Assembly (NCBI GenBank): GCA_964581995.1
Contig: CAZOQB010000008.1
Span: 9,499-73,498 of the forward strand
Direction of reading: 5' to 3'
DNA length: 64,000 nucleotides
Source of the DNA: an uncultured Ignavibacteriaceae bacterium
Lineage (GTDB): Bacteria > Bacteroidota > Ignavibacteria > UBA10030 > BY39
Below are positions 51,091 through 60,281 of this stretch, piece after piece; the first letter of the stretch is position 1, and the number at the start of each line of letters is the position of its first letter. The notes beneath the pieces are model-generated. The model was not told where the DNA came from. It saw nothing but the letters and a program-made list of their open reading frames with translations, and did no database searches. Position numbers and translations under genes: made by a program.

Positions 51091-51597
51091 CTAATTTTTC
51101 TCTTCTTTATCTTCGCCCTTTTCAGAATCTTCAGTTTCTATTTTCATAACTTTGTTTGTCTTTGCATTCACGTCCACTTCAACAATTTTTCCGTCTTTAG
51201 TTTTAATCTCAAATGAGTAGATCGTTTTCCCTTTTTCTTTCTTCAATTCTTTTTGAACAATTTCACCCGGTACTTTTTTCAGTGCCGCCTTCTCGGCTTT
51301 ATCGGAGACTTGCTCTTCCTTTTCTTTTACTGCGGATTCTTCTTCTGCCTTGATAACCTTACCTGTCTTTGCATCAACCCAAACCTCCTTTGTCGTTTCG
51401 CCGACTTTTAAATCGAACGACCAAATCAATTTGCCTTCTTCTTTTTCTAATTCTGAGCTTTGAATAACTGCATCCTTAAATTGTTCGAGAGCAACTTTAG
51501 TGGCTTGTTCTTTTGTTATTTTCGCATCGTTTTTCTTCTGAGCAAAGCTTGTTGAAACTACAATCATACACACGAGTAACGCAATAAGAGATTTCAT
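51091..51597 (-). CDS. Secreted tandem-PepSY domain protein
   Basis: 168 aa. Signal peptide. Two PepSY-like repeats (KLIWSFDLKVGETTKEVWVDAKTGKVIK, KTIYSFEIKTKDGKIVEVDVNAKTNKVMK) separated by Lys/Glu-rich linkers. Confidence 0.7.
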   Translation of the reverse strand: MKSLIALLVCMIVVSTSFAQKKNDAKITKEQATKVALEQFKDAVIQSSELEKEEGKLIWSFDLKVGETTKEVWVDAKTGKVIKAEEESAVKEKEEQVSDKAEKAALKKVPGEIVQKELKKEKGKTIYSFEIKTKDGKIVEVDVNAKTNKVMKIETEDSEKGEDKEEKN

Positions 51598-51819
51598 TTT
51601 TTACCTTTCAATTTGTTAAATACACCATTTTAAGATAGGAAGAAATTTAAGTATTTCCAACAGAAATCGCCTTTTTAAAGCTATTTTCCCCATTGAATCC
51701 TTTTCCAAATGGCTGCATCCCACACTTAGAGAAACTCTATAACAAGAATAAACGTTATTTGAAAAGATAGAAAAAACTAACTAAAGGATCCCTTATAACA
51801 TTTAAAAACGGAGTAATCC

Positions 51820-54105
51820 ATGCACATCAAAATTAGGCTATCTCGCTTAATTATCATCTTAGGCGTTTTATTTTTATATACATTTTCGTCGTTTTCTCAA
51901 GAGTACATTTTACTCGGTTGGAATGATCTCGGTATGCATTGTTCCAACAAAGACTTTTCTAAGGTTGTAGTCCTGCCGCCTTACAACAACATCACAGCGC
52001 AGCTAATTCTCAAACAACCAAATCAATTACCACAAGTTGTTACCTCCGGTTATACTATCGAGTATTCAATTCCTAATAACACATACTCTGTCGGTAAGAC
52101 AAATTTCTGGACTTACGCACAACAATTGTTTGGCTTGTCTTCACCATTACTACCTAACATCGGTTTAACAGGCAAGGGTCTTACCGGAGTTCTTGATAGC
52201 AGCGGAACTTATTTTGCTGCACATGGAATTCCCATAACCCCATTTACAGATACCGATTTAGTTAATGAATCGCCGTATCAGTTGATTCATCTTGTTGCCA
52301 GAAGTAAAGCTAACGGCAGCATTCTTGCCACAACGGACGTTGTTATTCCTGTAAGTAACGAAGTAGGTTGCGTGCAATCGGGGTGTCATAGTTCTGAGAC
52401 GTCTATATTAAATGCACATGAGCCGGTTTCCGGCTTTAACAGATCGGGACCCGTGTTATGCGCATCGTGTCATGCTTCAAATGCGCTTGGTACTACGGGT
52501 ATTCCGGAAGCGCAATCTTTTTCTTTTCGAATTCATGATAAACACAAAGATGTTGCAGGACCTTCAAACAGTATTTCTACATGTTATAAATGTCATCCCG
52601 GACCGAATACACAATGTCTGCGCGATGTAATGGGAAAGAATCCAACCAACCCAATGGTGTGCCAGGATTGTCACGGAACCATGAGCAATGTCGCATCAAC
52701 AATTACAGCAGGCAGACGACCCTGGCTTGACGAACCCAAATGTGGAACATGCCACGGACCCACGCATGCGGAAGAGACTGGGAAGTTGTACAGACAATCA
52801 AAAGGTCATGGTGGTTTGTTTTGTTCCGCGTGCCATGGAAGTCCACATGCTATACAGCCGACAGTTCAACCGAACGATAATCTTCAGAATACAAGACTTC
52901 AAGGATTTGCCGGTACTTTACAAAAATGTTCTGTTTGTCATACCACACGCATGGATGGTTCGGGTCCTCACGGTATCACGGATACAACAACTGTTGTCAT
53001 CGCTACGCCTTCACTCTCCTTTCCGCCTGACGGTTCAACTGGAATTACTACCCGTCCGCAACTGCAGTGGAATTCCGTGCCGAATGCACAGACATACGTT
53101 TTGCAAGTATCGTTAGATTCGCTTTTTGCAACAACTGTTGTCGATGATTCTTCACTTTCCCAAACTTCACTACAGCTTAATCCGTTAATTTCGATTACAA
53201 AATATTATTGGAGAGTTCGCGCAAAAAATTCAAACATCATAAGTGCCTGGTCGCCAAGATGGGAATTTATTACTACAGAAGGCACAACACTCACAGTAAA
53301 TTTAGATATGAAATGGAATTTGGTATCGCTTCCTCTTGAAGTTATTAATCCAAGTATAAATACTCTATTCCCTACGGCAAGTACAAAAGCTTTTCAATAC
53401 TTCGGGGGCAGTGGATATCTACAGAATGATTCGCTGTCGTTTGGAAATGGTTATTGGATAAAATTTGGCGCCTCACAATCCGTAAATGTTACAGGTACAC
53501 CGGTTAATTCAGATTCTATAGCTGTTACAACTGGATGGAACCTCGTCGGTTCAATATCAACCGCAGTCCCAACCGCATCCATTATCAGCGATCCACCCGG
53601 ATTGGTTACCAGCATTTTTTATGGATACCAAGGAAGTTATGTACAATCCGACACTATTTTCCCTGGAAAAGCATACTGGGTGAAAGTAAATCAACCGGGT
53701 CGCTTTATATTATCGTCGGGCGTCGCGAAAAATTCGTTCAAGACAATTCAGATAACACCTTCATCCGAGATGCCTCCACCTCCGCCGGGTGGTGAGCCGA
53801 CAGTAATTAAAGAAATTCCAAAAGACTATTTGTTGGCACAATCATATCCTAATCCGTTCAATCCTTCTACGAGGATTAGTTATACGCTTCCGGTAGATAG
53901 TAAAGTAACGTTGAAAATATTCGACATGCTCGGTCGCGATATTGTTACGCTGGTTCAAGCGGAGCAAAGTCAAGGTTACCGAACCGTTGAATGGAATGCG
54001 GTGGGATATACAAGCGGAATCTATTTTTATAAGATCGAAGCTGTGAGTGTTGACGATCCGAATAAGGTGTTCACGGATATTAAAAAAATGGTTGTGCTGA
54101 AATAA
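51820..54105 (+). CDS. Multiheme c-type cytochrome (6 CxxCH plus 1 CX4CH) with FN3-like domain and T9SS C-terminal sorting domain
   Basis: 761 aa. Signal peptide. Heme motifs CASCH, CYKCH, CQDCH, CGTCH, CSACH, CSVCH plus CVQSGCH. FN3-like segment (PQLQWNSVPNAQTYVLQVS...YYWRVRAKN). C-terminal ~85 aa match the Por/T9SS CTD (SYPNPFNPSTRISYTLP..VTLKIFDMLGRDIVTLV...SGIYFYKIEA...KKMVVLK). Confidence 0.8.
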   Translation: MHIKIRLSRLIIILGVLFLYTFSSFSQEYILLGWNDLGMHCSNKDFSKVVVLPPYNNITAQLILKQPNQLPQVVTSGYTIEYSIPNNTYSVGKTNFWTYAQQLFGLSSPLLPNIGLTGKGLTGVLDSSGTYFAAHGIPITPFTDTDLVNESPYQLIHLVARSKANGSILATTDVVIPVSNEVGCVQSGCHSSETSILNAHEPVSGFNRSGPVLCASCHASNALGTTGIPEAQSFSFRIHDKHKDVAGPSNSISTCYKCHPGPNTQCLRDVMGKNPTNPMVCQDCHGTMSNVASTITAGRRPWLDEPKCGTCHGPTHAEETGKLYRQSKGHGGLFCSACHGSPHAIQPTVQPNDNLQNTRLQGFAGTLQKCSVCHTTRMDGSGPHGITDTTTVVIATPSLSFPPDGSTGITTRPQLQWNSVPNAQTYVLQVSLDSLFATTVVDDSSLSQTSLQLNPLISITKYYWRVRAKNSNIISAWSPRWEFITTEGTTLTVNLDMKWNLVSLPLEVINPSINTLFPTASTKAFQYFGGSGYLQNDSLSFGNGYWIKFGASQSVNVTGTPVNSDSIAVTTGWNLVGSISTAVPTASIISDPPGLVTSIFYGYQGSYVQSDTIFPGKAYWVKVNQPGRFILSSGVAKNSFKTIQITPSSEMPPPPPGGEPTVIKEIPKDYLLAQSYPNPFNPSTRISYTLPVDSKVTLKIFDMLGRDIVTLVQAEQSQGYRTVEWNAVGYTSGIYFYKIEAVSVDDPNKVFTDIKKMVVLK

Positions 54106-54133
54106 ACCTTAAAATATCCAAGTTGCATTTTGA

Positions 54134-54168
54134 TTGCCACGGGCTTTTGTTCGTGGCAATTTTTATTT
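54134..54168 (+). terminator. Rho-independent terminator after the cytochrome gene
   Basis: Stem ttgccacg/cgtggcaa (54134-41, 54152-59), 10-nt loop, then tttttattt. Confidence 0.7.
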
Positions 54169-54236
54169 ATGCCGGCTAACCTCCCGAATGCTTAATTTGC
54201 TTTAACATGATTACCTTCGGGATGTTCACACAAAAG

Positions 54237-54275
54237 TTGCCATTTTCAGTAACTTTTTGTATGTTCAATTATCAT
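54237..54275. repeat. Copy 2 of imperfect ~40-bp direct repeat (gttgccattttcagtaactttttgtatgttcaattatcat)
   Basis: 37/39 match to 49417-49456 (copy 1 is 40 nt; 1-nt indel plus two substitutions). Lies in the 3' intergenic region between convergent genes, so it is not a promoter for any adjacent + strand gene. Confidence 0.85.
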
Positions 54276-54349
54276 TTCTAAGCGGTGCGGAAATTAGAGT
54301 GGGTGCTATAAAAGCTTTACAATGCTAGAAAAAATGTGAAGAGAACGCT

Positions 54350-54961
54350 TTAAATCGCAACTATCCCTAACCACAACTGATAAAATCCAAAACATGCTAA
54401 TGCAATTGCCGATAATAATATCATAATCCGGTCTATTCGTGGACCCAGACTTTTTGCTGCACTGAAAAGTATAATTATTACCATAGAAGTTATTATCATC
54501 GTACCGTAAAAAGCAGCTACTAATGCAATTCCATTAGCAGGAGCTTCTCTCCATCCCTTAAGCATTAGCGGTCCTAATACCAAACTCCAGCCGAGATACG
54601 GACCGGGGCTTAGGAAATTCACGAAAACTGCTTTTAAGACAGTCGTTTGGGTGGATTGAATCTCAACCGTTTTGTTCACATCAAAATTCTTCCACGTCAT
54701 AAAAGTCCCGAAAGCTAAATAGAGGACGAACGCTCCACCGGAAAAATGTAACACTTGTTCAAGCCAATCAGGCATACTGCTTAACACTAATATAACCAAC
54801 GCCGCGATTGGTAAATCAGTTATGAGTGGCGCAAAAGTAGCGGGTAGTGTACGCTTCCAACCTATTCTCAGGGCCTGAGATATAAAATAAGTTTGTAAGG
54901 GTCCCGGCTGCACAGCGGCTGCGAAGCCATAAGTCAACCCAAAAATTATATAAAAAAGCAT
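54350..54961 (-). CDS. LysE/RhtB family amino-acid exporter
   Basis: 203 aa, 6 TM. N-terminal GPLQTYFISQAL-like LysE motif. Confidence 0.8.
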   Translation of the reverse strand: MLFYIIFGLTYGFAAAVQPGPLQTYFISQALRIGWKRTLPATFAPLITDLPIAALVILVLSSMPDWLEQVLHFSGGAFVLYLAFGTFMTWKNFDVNKTVEIQSTQTTVLKAVFVNFLSPGPYLGWSLVLGPLMLKGWREAPANGIALVAAFYGTMIITSMVIIILFSAAKSLGPRIDRIMILLSAIALACFGFYQLWLGIVAI

Positions 54962-54979
54962 AGAGTAATCAATAAAGAT

Positions 54980-55477
54980 TTATGATACTGGATCGAGTTC
55001 TTTTAAAACTTCTTCCGCTTTAAGCACTTCATTAAACGGCACAAGCACTTTTAGCTCTACAATAGGATGGTTGCCGTAGACACGGTAAATAAGAGGCGGG
55101 GAAATATCAGCCCCGGGATTGAAATGCCGTGAATACAAAAAGGGGTGTAAGCTCGCTTGTTCAAGGCAACTCGTGATATACTGTGCCTGAAGATTGTCTG
55201 TGCAGCCGAAAACTCTTGACATTCCTTCATACATTTCGTACTGTGAATGCATGTCGCAGAAAAATATTTTATTCACCAACATACCGCACTCTTTGCAGAA
55301 CGGTTTTAAACAGATTACGCAAAAGCCGTCCGCTTCAGAAGAGTTGTGTATCGAACATGCAACTCCATCTTTAAATATTGCACCGCAATTTTTACAAAAT
55401 GTATCTTCGTCTTTAACTTCAACTCCACACTCACCGCAAGTTAGTTTTTCCTCATTCATAAACATTCCTTTACTCAA
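54980..55477 (-). CDS. Zinc-ribbon protein (several CxxC pairs) with C-terminal DUF2007-like domain
   Basis: 165 aa. CGECG..CKNCG..C..CVICLKPFCKECG..C. C-terminal ~70 aa resemble a DUF2007 GlnB-like domain (my reading). Confidence 0.45.
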   Translation of the reverse strand: MSKGMFMNEEKLTCGECGVEVKDEDTFCKNCGAIFKDGVACSIHNSSEADGFCVICLKPFCKECGMLVNKIFFCDMHSQYEMYEGMSRVFGCTDNLQAQYITSCLEQASLHPFLYSRHFNPGADISPPLIYRVYGNHPIVELKVLVPFNEVLKAEEVLKELDPVS

Positions 55478-55502
55478 TTACTCAAATACTCACTACTTAA
55501 CT

Positions 55503-56354
55503 TCATCCATGTTTGATAAACGTCCCGTTGTTGTACTCCTCGAAGGCTATTTCTAATTCTTTTCTCGTGTTCATCACGATTGGTCCGTGCCAGGCGACTG
55601 TTTCTTTTATCGGCATTCCTGAAATCAACAGAAAACTTACCGGCTCATCTTCGGTCGTTACGCGCAACTGTTCTCCGTCGCTAAAGAGAACGAGGTTGTT
55701 GTTCAAGAGAAATTTCTTTTCGTCGGAAAAATATCCTTTGCCGCCCGTTACGTAAGCAAACACGGTATGACCAGACTTCGTAGGATGAACAAATTGTGCT
55801 TTTGCAGGCACTGTTACATCAAGATACTCCGGGTCGATGACGATATCTTTAACGGGTCCTTTAGTTCCATTCACTTCACCGGCTATAATTTTTATTTTCA
55901 CTCCGTTTGCGGTTTCAATTTCAGGTATCTCATCTTTTTTCACGTCGCGGTAACGAGGATTCATCATCTTATGAGACTTTGGTAGGTTCGCCCACAACTG
56001 GAATCCCCAATTATAACCGGCTTCATCTCCTTTCGGCATTTCTTGATGTACGATTCCACTTCCGGCAGTCATCCACTGGACATCTCCCGAAGAAATCACG
56101 CCTTTGTTTCCCATGCTGTCGCCGTGTTCAACGTTACCACGAAGCATGTAAGTTATTGTTTCGATACCGCGATGCGGATGCCAAGGAAAACCCTTTATAT
56201 AATACTTCGGATCGTTTGAACGAAAGTCGTCTAAAAGAAGAAACGGGTCGAACTCCGGAACTTCATTAAAACCGAACGCGCGTTTTAGATGAACGCCGGC
56301 TCCTTCGAGTGTTGGCTTACTCGTGTACAATTTTTTAATGGACCTATTTTTCAT
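55503..56354 (-). CDS. Pirin family protein (bicupin)
   Basis: 283 aa. HPHRGIETITYMLRG and second cupin. Confidence 0.85.
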   Translation of the reverse strand: MKNRSIKKLYTSKPTLEGAGVHLKRAFGFNEVPEFDPFLLLDDFRSNDPKYYIKGFPWHPHRGIETITYMLRGNVEHGDSMGNKGVISSGDVQWMTAGSGIVHQEMPKGDEAGYNWGFQLWANLPKSHKMMNPRYRDVKKDEIPEIETANGVKIKIIAGEVNGTKGPVKDIVIDPEYLDVTVPAKAQFVHPTKSGHTVFAYVTGGKGYFSDEKKFLLNNNLVLFSDGEQLRVTTEDEPVSFLLISGMPIKETVAWHGPIVMNTRKELEIAFEEYNNGTFIKHG

Positions 56355-56485
56355 AGTAACTCTTCTTTATGTTTGAGTATTTGAATTTTGGATTTGTTTC
56401 GTATTTCGATATTCGTGCTTAGGATTTTTTTCAATAAATGATGACTATGCGTTTTATCAGTTTACAACTTACCTACTCGCCTTCA

Positions 56486-58156
56486 TCACCGTATCAACTT
56501 CTTATACTTAATCCTATGCGGCTTGTCGGCTTCAATACCGAGAATTTTTCTGCGGTGTTCTTCAAACTCTGAATAATTTCCGTCGAACCATATTGCTTCA
56601 CTGTCGCCTTCAAAAGCGAGAATATGCGTTGCAACTCTATCGAGGAACCAGCGGTCGTGGGAAATTATTACCGCACAACCGGCAAAATTTTCAAGCGCTT
56701 CTTCGAGAGCGCGCAGCGTGTTCACGTCGAGGTCATTTGTCGGCTCATCGAGTAACAGAACATTAGCGCCTTGACTTAAAACTTTAGCGAGATGAACACG
56801 ATTTCGTTCACCGCCAGAGAGCACACCAACCGGTTTTTGTTGGTCCGTTCCGCTGAAATTGAACCGGGCAACGTAGGCGCGTGAGTTCATTTCACGGTTG
56901 CCTAACTTTATCAAATCTTCGCCGCCGGATATTTCCTGCCAAATTGTTTTGTCCGGGTCAAGTGGACGGTTCTGGTCGACGTAGGCAAGCTTTACCGTTT
57001 CACCTACCACAATCTTACCCGCTTCAGGTTTCTCCTGACCTGTTATCATTCGGAAAAGTGTGGTTTTACCTGCACCATTCGGACCGATTATACCAATAAT
57101 ACCACCGGCAGGTAAGTTAAATTCGAGGTTTTCATAGAGGATAATATCGCCATAGGATTTTGCAACTTTTTCTGCTCTGATTACAACATCACCTAAGCGT
57201 GGACCGGGCGGTATGTAAATTTCAATTTCTTCACTTCGCTTTTCGTTTTCCTCTGCAAACATTTTTTCATACGCGGCGATACGTGCTTTACTTTTTGCGT
57301 GGCGTCCCTTCGGATTTAATCGTATCCATTCCAACTCACGCTGTAAAACTTTTTGCCGTTTAGATTCCTGTTTCTCCTCTACAGCAAGACGCGCTCGTTT
57401 TTGTTCAAGCCACGATGAATAATTTCCCTGGAATGGAATTCCCTCGCCGCGGTCAAGTTCTAAAATCCATCCGGCAACATTATCTAAAAAATATCGGTCG
57501 TGTGTTACCGCAATTACAGTTCCTTTGTACTGAGAGAGATGGTGTTCAAGCCATGCAACCGATTCAGCGTCGAGATGATTTGTGGGTTCATCGAGAAGCA
57601 ACACATCCGGTTCCTGCAAGAGAAGACGACACAATGCAACACGACGACGTTCACCGCCGGAGATAACCGACACTGATGTTTCGGGTGGCGGACAACGGAG
57701 TGCGTCCATCGCTTGCTCAAGTTTACTGTCGATATCCCAGGCACCGAGATGATCTATTTTTTCCTGTAGCTTGGCTTGCTTTTCAAGCAAAACATCGAAA
57801 TCCGCATCTGGTTCTGAAAACTTTGCGCTTATCGCTTCATATTCTTTCAGAAGATTGACTGATTCTGCCGCACCTTCCTCGGCGATTTGTCGGACAGTTT
57901 TGGTTTGGTCAAGTTCAGGTTCCTGCTGAAGGTAACCAAAAGTAATTCCTTTTTGAGCCGTGACCTCTCCGAGGTAATCTTTATCTACACCGGCGATGAT
58001 TCGGAGTAGCGTGCTTTTACCGGATCCGTTCAAACCAAGCACTCCGATTTTAGCACCGTAATAGAATGAAAGGTAAATATCTTTTAAAACCTGCTTGTTG
58101 GGTTTGTGAACTTTCCCAACACCGATCATTGAAAATATTATTTTATTATCTGCCAT
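56486..58156 (-). CDS. ettA: Energy-dependent translational throttle protein EttA (ABC-F ATPase)
   Basis: 556 aa. Two ABC cassettes (GLNGSGKST, GPNGAGKTT; LSGGERRRV, LSGGERNRV) with an arm insertion. Length typical of EttA. Confidence 0.9.
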   Translation of the reverse strand: MADNKIIFSMIGVGKVHKPNKQVLKDIYLSFYYGAKIGVLGLNGSGKSTLLRIIAGVDKDYLGEVTAQKGITFGYLQQEPELDQTKTVRQIAEEGAAESVNLLKEYEAISAKFSEPDADFDVLLEKQAKLQEKIDHLGAWDIDSKLEQAMDALRCPPPETSVSVISGGERRRVALCRLLLQEPDVLLLDEPTNHLDAESVAWLEHHLSQYKGTVIAVTHDRYFLDNVAGWILELDRGEGIPFQGNYSSWLEQKRARLAVEEKQESKRQKVLQRELEWIRLNPKGRHAKSKARIAAYEKMFAEENEKRSEEIEIYIPPGPRLGDVVIRAEKVAKSYGDIILYENLEFNLPAGGIIGIIGPNGAGKTTLFRMITGQEKPEAGKIVVGETVKLAYVDQNRPLDPDKTIWQEISGGEDLIKLGNREMNSRAYVARFNFSGTDQQKPVGVLSGGERNRVHLAKVLSQGANVLLLDEPTNDLDVNTLRALEEALENFAGCAVIISHDRWFLDRVATHILAFEGDSEAIWFDGNYSEFEEHRRKILGIEADKPHRIKYKKLIR

Positions 58157-58165
58157 AGTGTGTTA

Positions 58166-58224
58166 CGAGTTATGGGTTATGGGTTTTGAGTCTGGAGTCG
58201 TGAGTTTTGAGCCATGAGTTTGAG
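58166..58224. repeat. Degenerate short tandem repeats (GAGTTTTGAG-like; CTCAAAAC on the coding strand) in the ettA 5' leader
   Basis: cgagttatgggttatgggttttgagtctggagtcgtgagttttgagccatgagtttgag, immediately upstream of the ettA start (58156, minus strand). Confidence 0.6.
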
Positions 58225-58430
58225 ATCATCTGTATAAAGTTTAGGTGAATATACAAAAAAGCGTGGTAAGAAAGAAAATTATCTATTCAAATAAATTAGT
58301 TCAAAATAAATCACACCAATTATGCAATGATTTCCCCTGAACACCACTAGCATTTTTCGTGAACATTCGTGTATTTAGCGGCTCGTTTTAGTTGCCACGA
58401 ATTAGACTAATTGACACTAACAAAATATTT

Positions 58431-59366
58431 TTAATGGTCACTCCCTACATACTTTTTCTCGCCTGCCTCGACCCGGAAGTTTAGATAATTCTGCTCTGGC
58501 GGTATTGGACAAGTTGCAAAAACAGTAAAAGCACATGGCGGGTTGTATGCTTTGTTAAAATCGATTACAACATTATTATTTGAGTCGGGCATTTCTGTGT
58601 ATAGATAGCGCCCCATTCCGTATGTTTCCTTACCTGCTGTTTTATCGTGGAAGATAATGAACAATTCTTTATCTTCCTTTAACGCATCGAGTCTATAAAG
58701 TTTTCCATCCATCTCGAATACAATTGCTCCCGTACAAGTATCGTTGCTTACCTGATTGAGAACATTCACGATTGGAATTATTTTTACGGGATTGTACGGT
58801 TCAAACTTCGCTTCGAACCTCCACCTCAAATCAACAGAAAAATAATCCAATCCCTTAAAATTCAAACGTGAAGAGGTTTGTTTATCTCTAACTCTCACGC
58901 CGAGCTGCTCGCCGCGTTTAATAACAAAAAAAGTAAGCGAACCTAATTCCATGACAGTTGGTTTCGCTTTACCGCTTTCATCGGATGTAATTTTGATTTC
59001 GGCTACAATTGAGTCCTTTACCTTAATTCCAGCAATTTTTGGTGATTTTAGGAGCAGTTCCCCATTTTTAAGAAAGATGGAACCGGCATATTTGGGACTC
59101 CGTTCAGGCGGAAAAATAATTTCGTTAGAAGAATCCACTCCCATCCTGTTCTCACCGTCCTTAAGCCAGAACAAACCGCAGAGTGTAAGCCATCCGTTAT
59201 CTTTCTGTAAATTTTCAGAGCGCTTCTGCTGCCACTGTTCGATTTCTTTTTTGTAAACAACCATATCAACATCATACTTTTTGCCACAGCCCGTGATAAC
59301 AATTGGTAGAAACACAAAAAGAATGAGTATAACTTTAAAAATCTTTGTATTCATAATAAATAACAT
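58431..59366 (-). CDS. DUF1684 domain lipoprotein
   Basis: 311 aa. Lipobox-like VITGCG, WLTLCGLFWL and PPCAF..ATCPIPP motifs that I recall as typical of DUF1684. Confidence 0.7.
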   Translation of the reverse strand: MLFIMNTKIFKVILILFVFLPIVITGCGKKYDVDMVVYKKEIEQWQQKRSENLQKDNGWLTLCGLFWLKDGENRMGVDSSNEIIFPPERSPKYAGSIFLKNGELLLKSPKIAGIKVKDSIVAEIKITSDESGKAKPTVMELGSLTFFVIKRGEQLGVRVRDKQTSSRLNFKGLDYFSVDLRWRFEAKFEPYNPVKIIPIVNVLNQVSNDTCTGAIVFEMDGKLYRLDALKEDKELFIIFHDKTAGKETYGMGRYLYTEMPDSNNNVVIDFNKAYNPPCAFTVFATCPIPPEQNYLNFRVEAGEKKYVGSDH

Positions 59367-59368
59367 CC

Positions 59369-60022
59369 TTATAATTTTATTTGAGGATCGTTTTCGTACG
59401 CAGAACCAATATGGCAGAGATGGTTTAATGTTTCTCCAAACAGGTCGTATAGAGATTTTAACCTTGTGATGTCGGTAATGACCCCGGTTACCTGGAAATA
59501 TAGTTCGTCAACACCTTCAGGAAAATTTTTACCAAACCAGCCTTCATCGTCCTTCACTTCTAAGGATATTGACGGCTGTTCGTGTATTAGTGCACGAATT
59601 TTATCATTCATAAAAAGTGAACGGACTTTTGACTCATCGGAAGCTTTGATAATAAAGTCGCGGTCGAATTCTGGATAGCCGACTTCTATATCTTTCATGC
59701 CGAAATATTTTCCTATATCACTAAATACACTTTTGCGATAAATCTTAAAACGAAATCCATCCGCGTTCACATACGGTGCACGGATGCGCGTGTACGTTAC
59801 ATGCGATTTACCGGTCGATACCGTGTAAGTATCAAGCGTAATCGTCCACTCCTGAATTCTTGCAATCACTTTGTCGCCTTTCCAGACTCCACCATCAATG
59901 AAATCGGCGCCGATTTCTTTACACAGTTGTTGCCAAACTTCTTCTTTGTTAGCCCCGAATATTTTTCTTAGAAACTCTTTCATTTTCTTCTCACTTCCTT
60001 TTTTTTCTTTTTTCATCGACAA
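59369..60022 (-). CDS. Hypothetical protein (Lys-rich N-terminus; alternative start MKEFL at 59983)
   Basis: 217 aa ORF. No recognised domain. 2-nt gap to the DUF1684 gene suggests co-transcription. Confidence 0.45.
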   Translation of the reverse strand: MSMKKEKKGSEKKMKEFLRKIFGANKEEVWQQLCKEIGADFIDGGVWKGDKVIARIQEWTITLDTYTVSTGKSHVTYTRIRAPYVNADGFRFKIYRKSVFSDIGKYFGMKDIEVGYPEFDRDFIIKASDESKVRSLFMNDKIRALIHEQPSISLEVKDDEGWFGKNFPEGVDELYFQVTGVITDITRLKSLYDLFGETLNHLCHIGSAYENDPQIKL

Positions 60023-60281
60023 GACATTTTGCGTTTTTATTATTGTACTTCTTCAATATTCTACAATACACCGCGCTCTCACGTCTGCACGCACCAGAAA
60101 GATCATTATCCGCAAAGTCCGCATACTTGCATGAATAATCGCAATACAGGGGTAATTGGTTCTGAATTTTTCGTGCCATAAGCATCCGAATATTACAAAA
60201 ATATTTTCAACAAGACAAATCCTATTTTTGAAATTCAACTTTATTATATTTATCTTTGAATAAACGAACAGGATTCCATTC

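Noticed and set aside
51022-51216. 64-aa + strand ORF between the TIR-like and PepSY genes
   Set aside because: It overlaps the 3' end of the minus-strand PepSY gene. The hydrophobic, repetitive translation derives from the antisense of Lys/Glu-rich codons.
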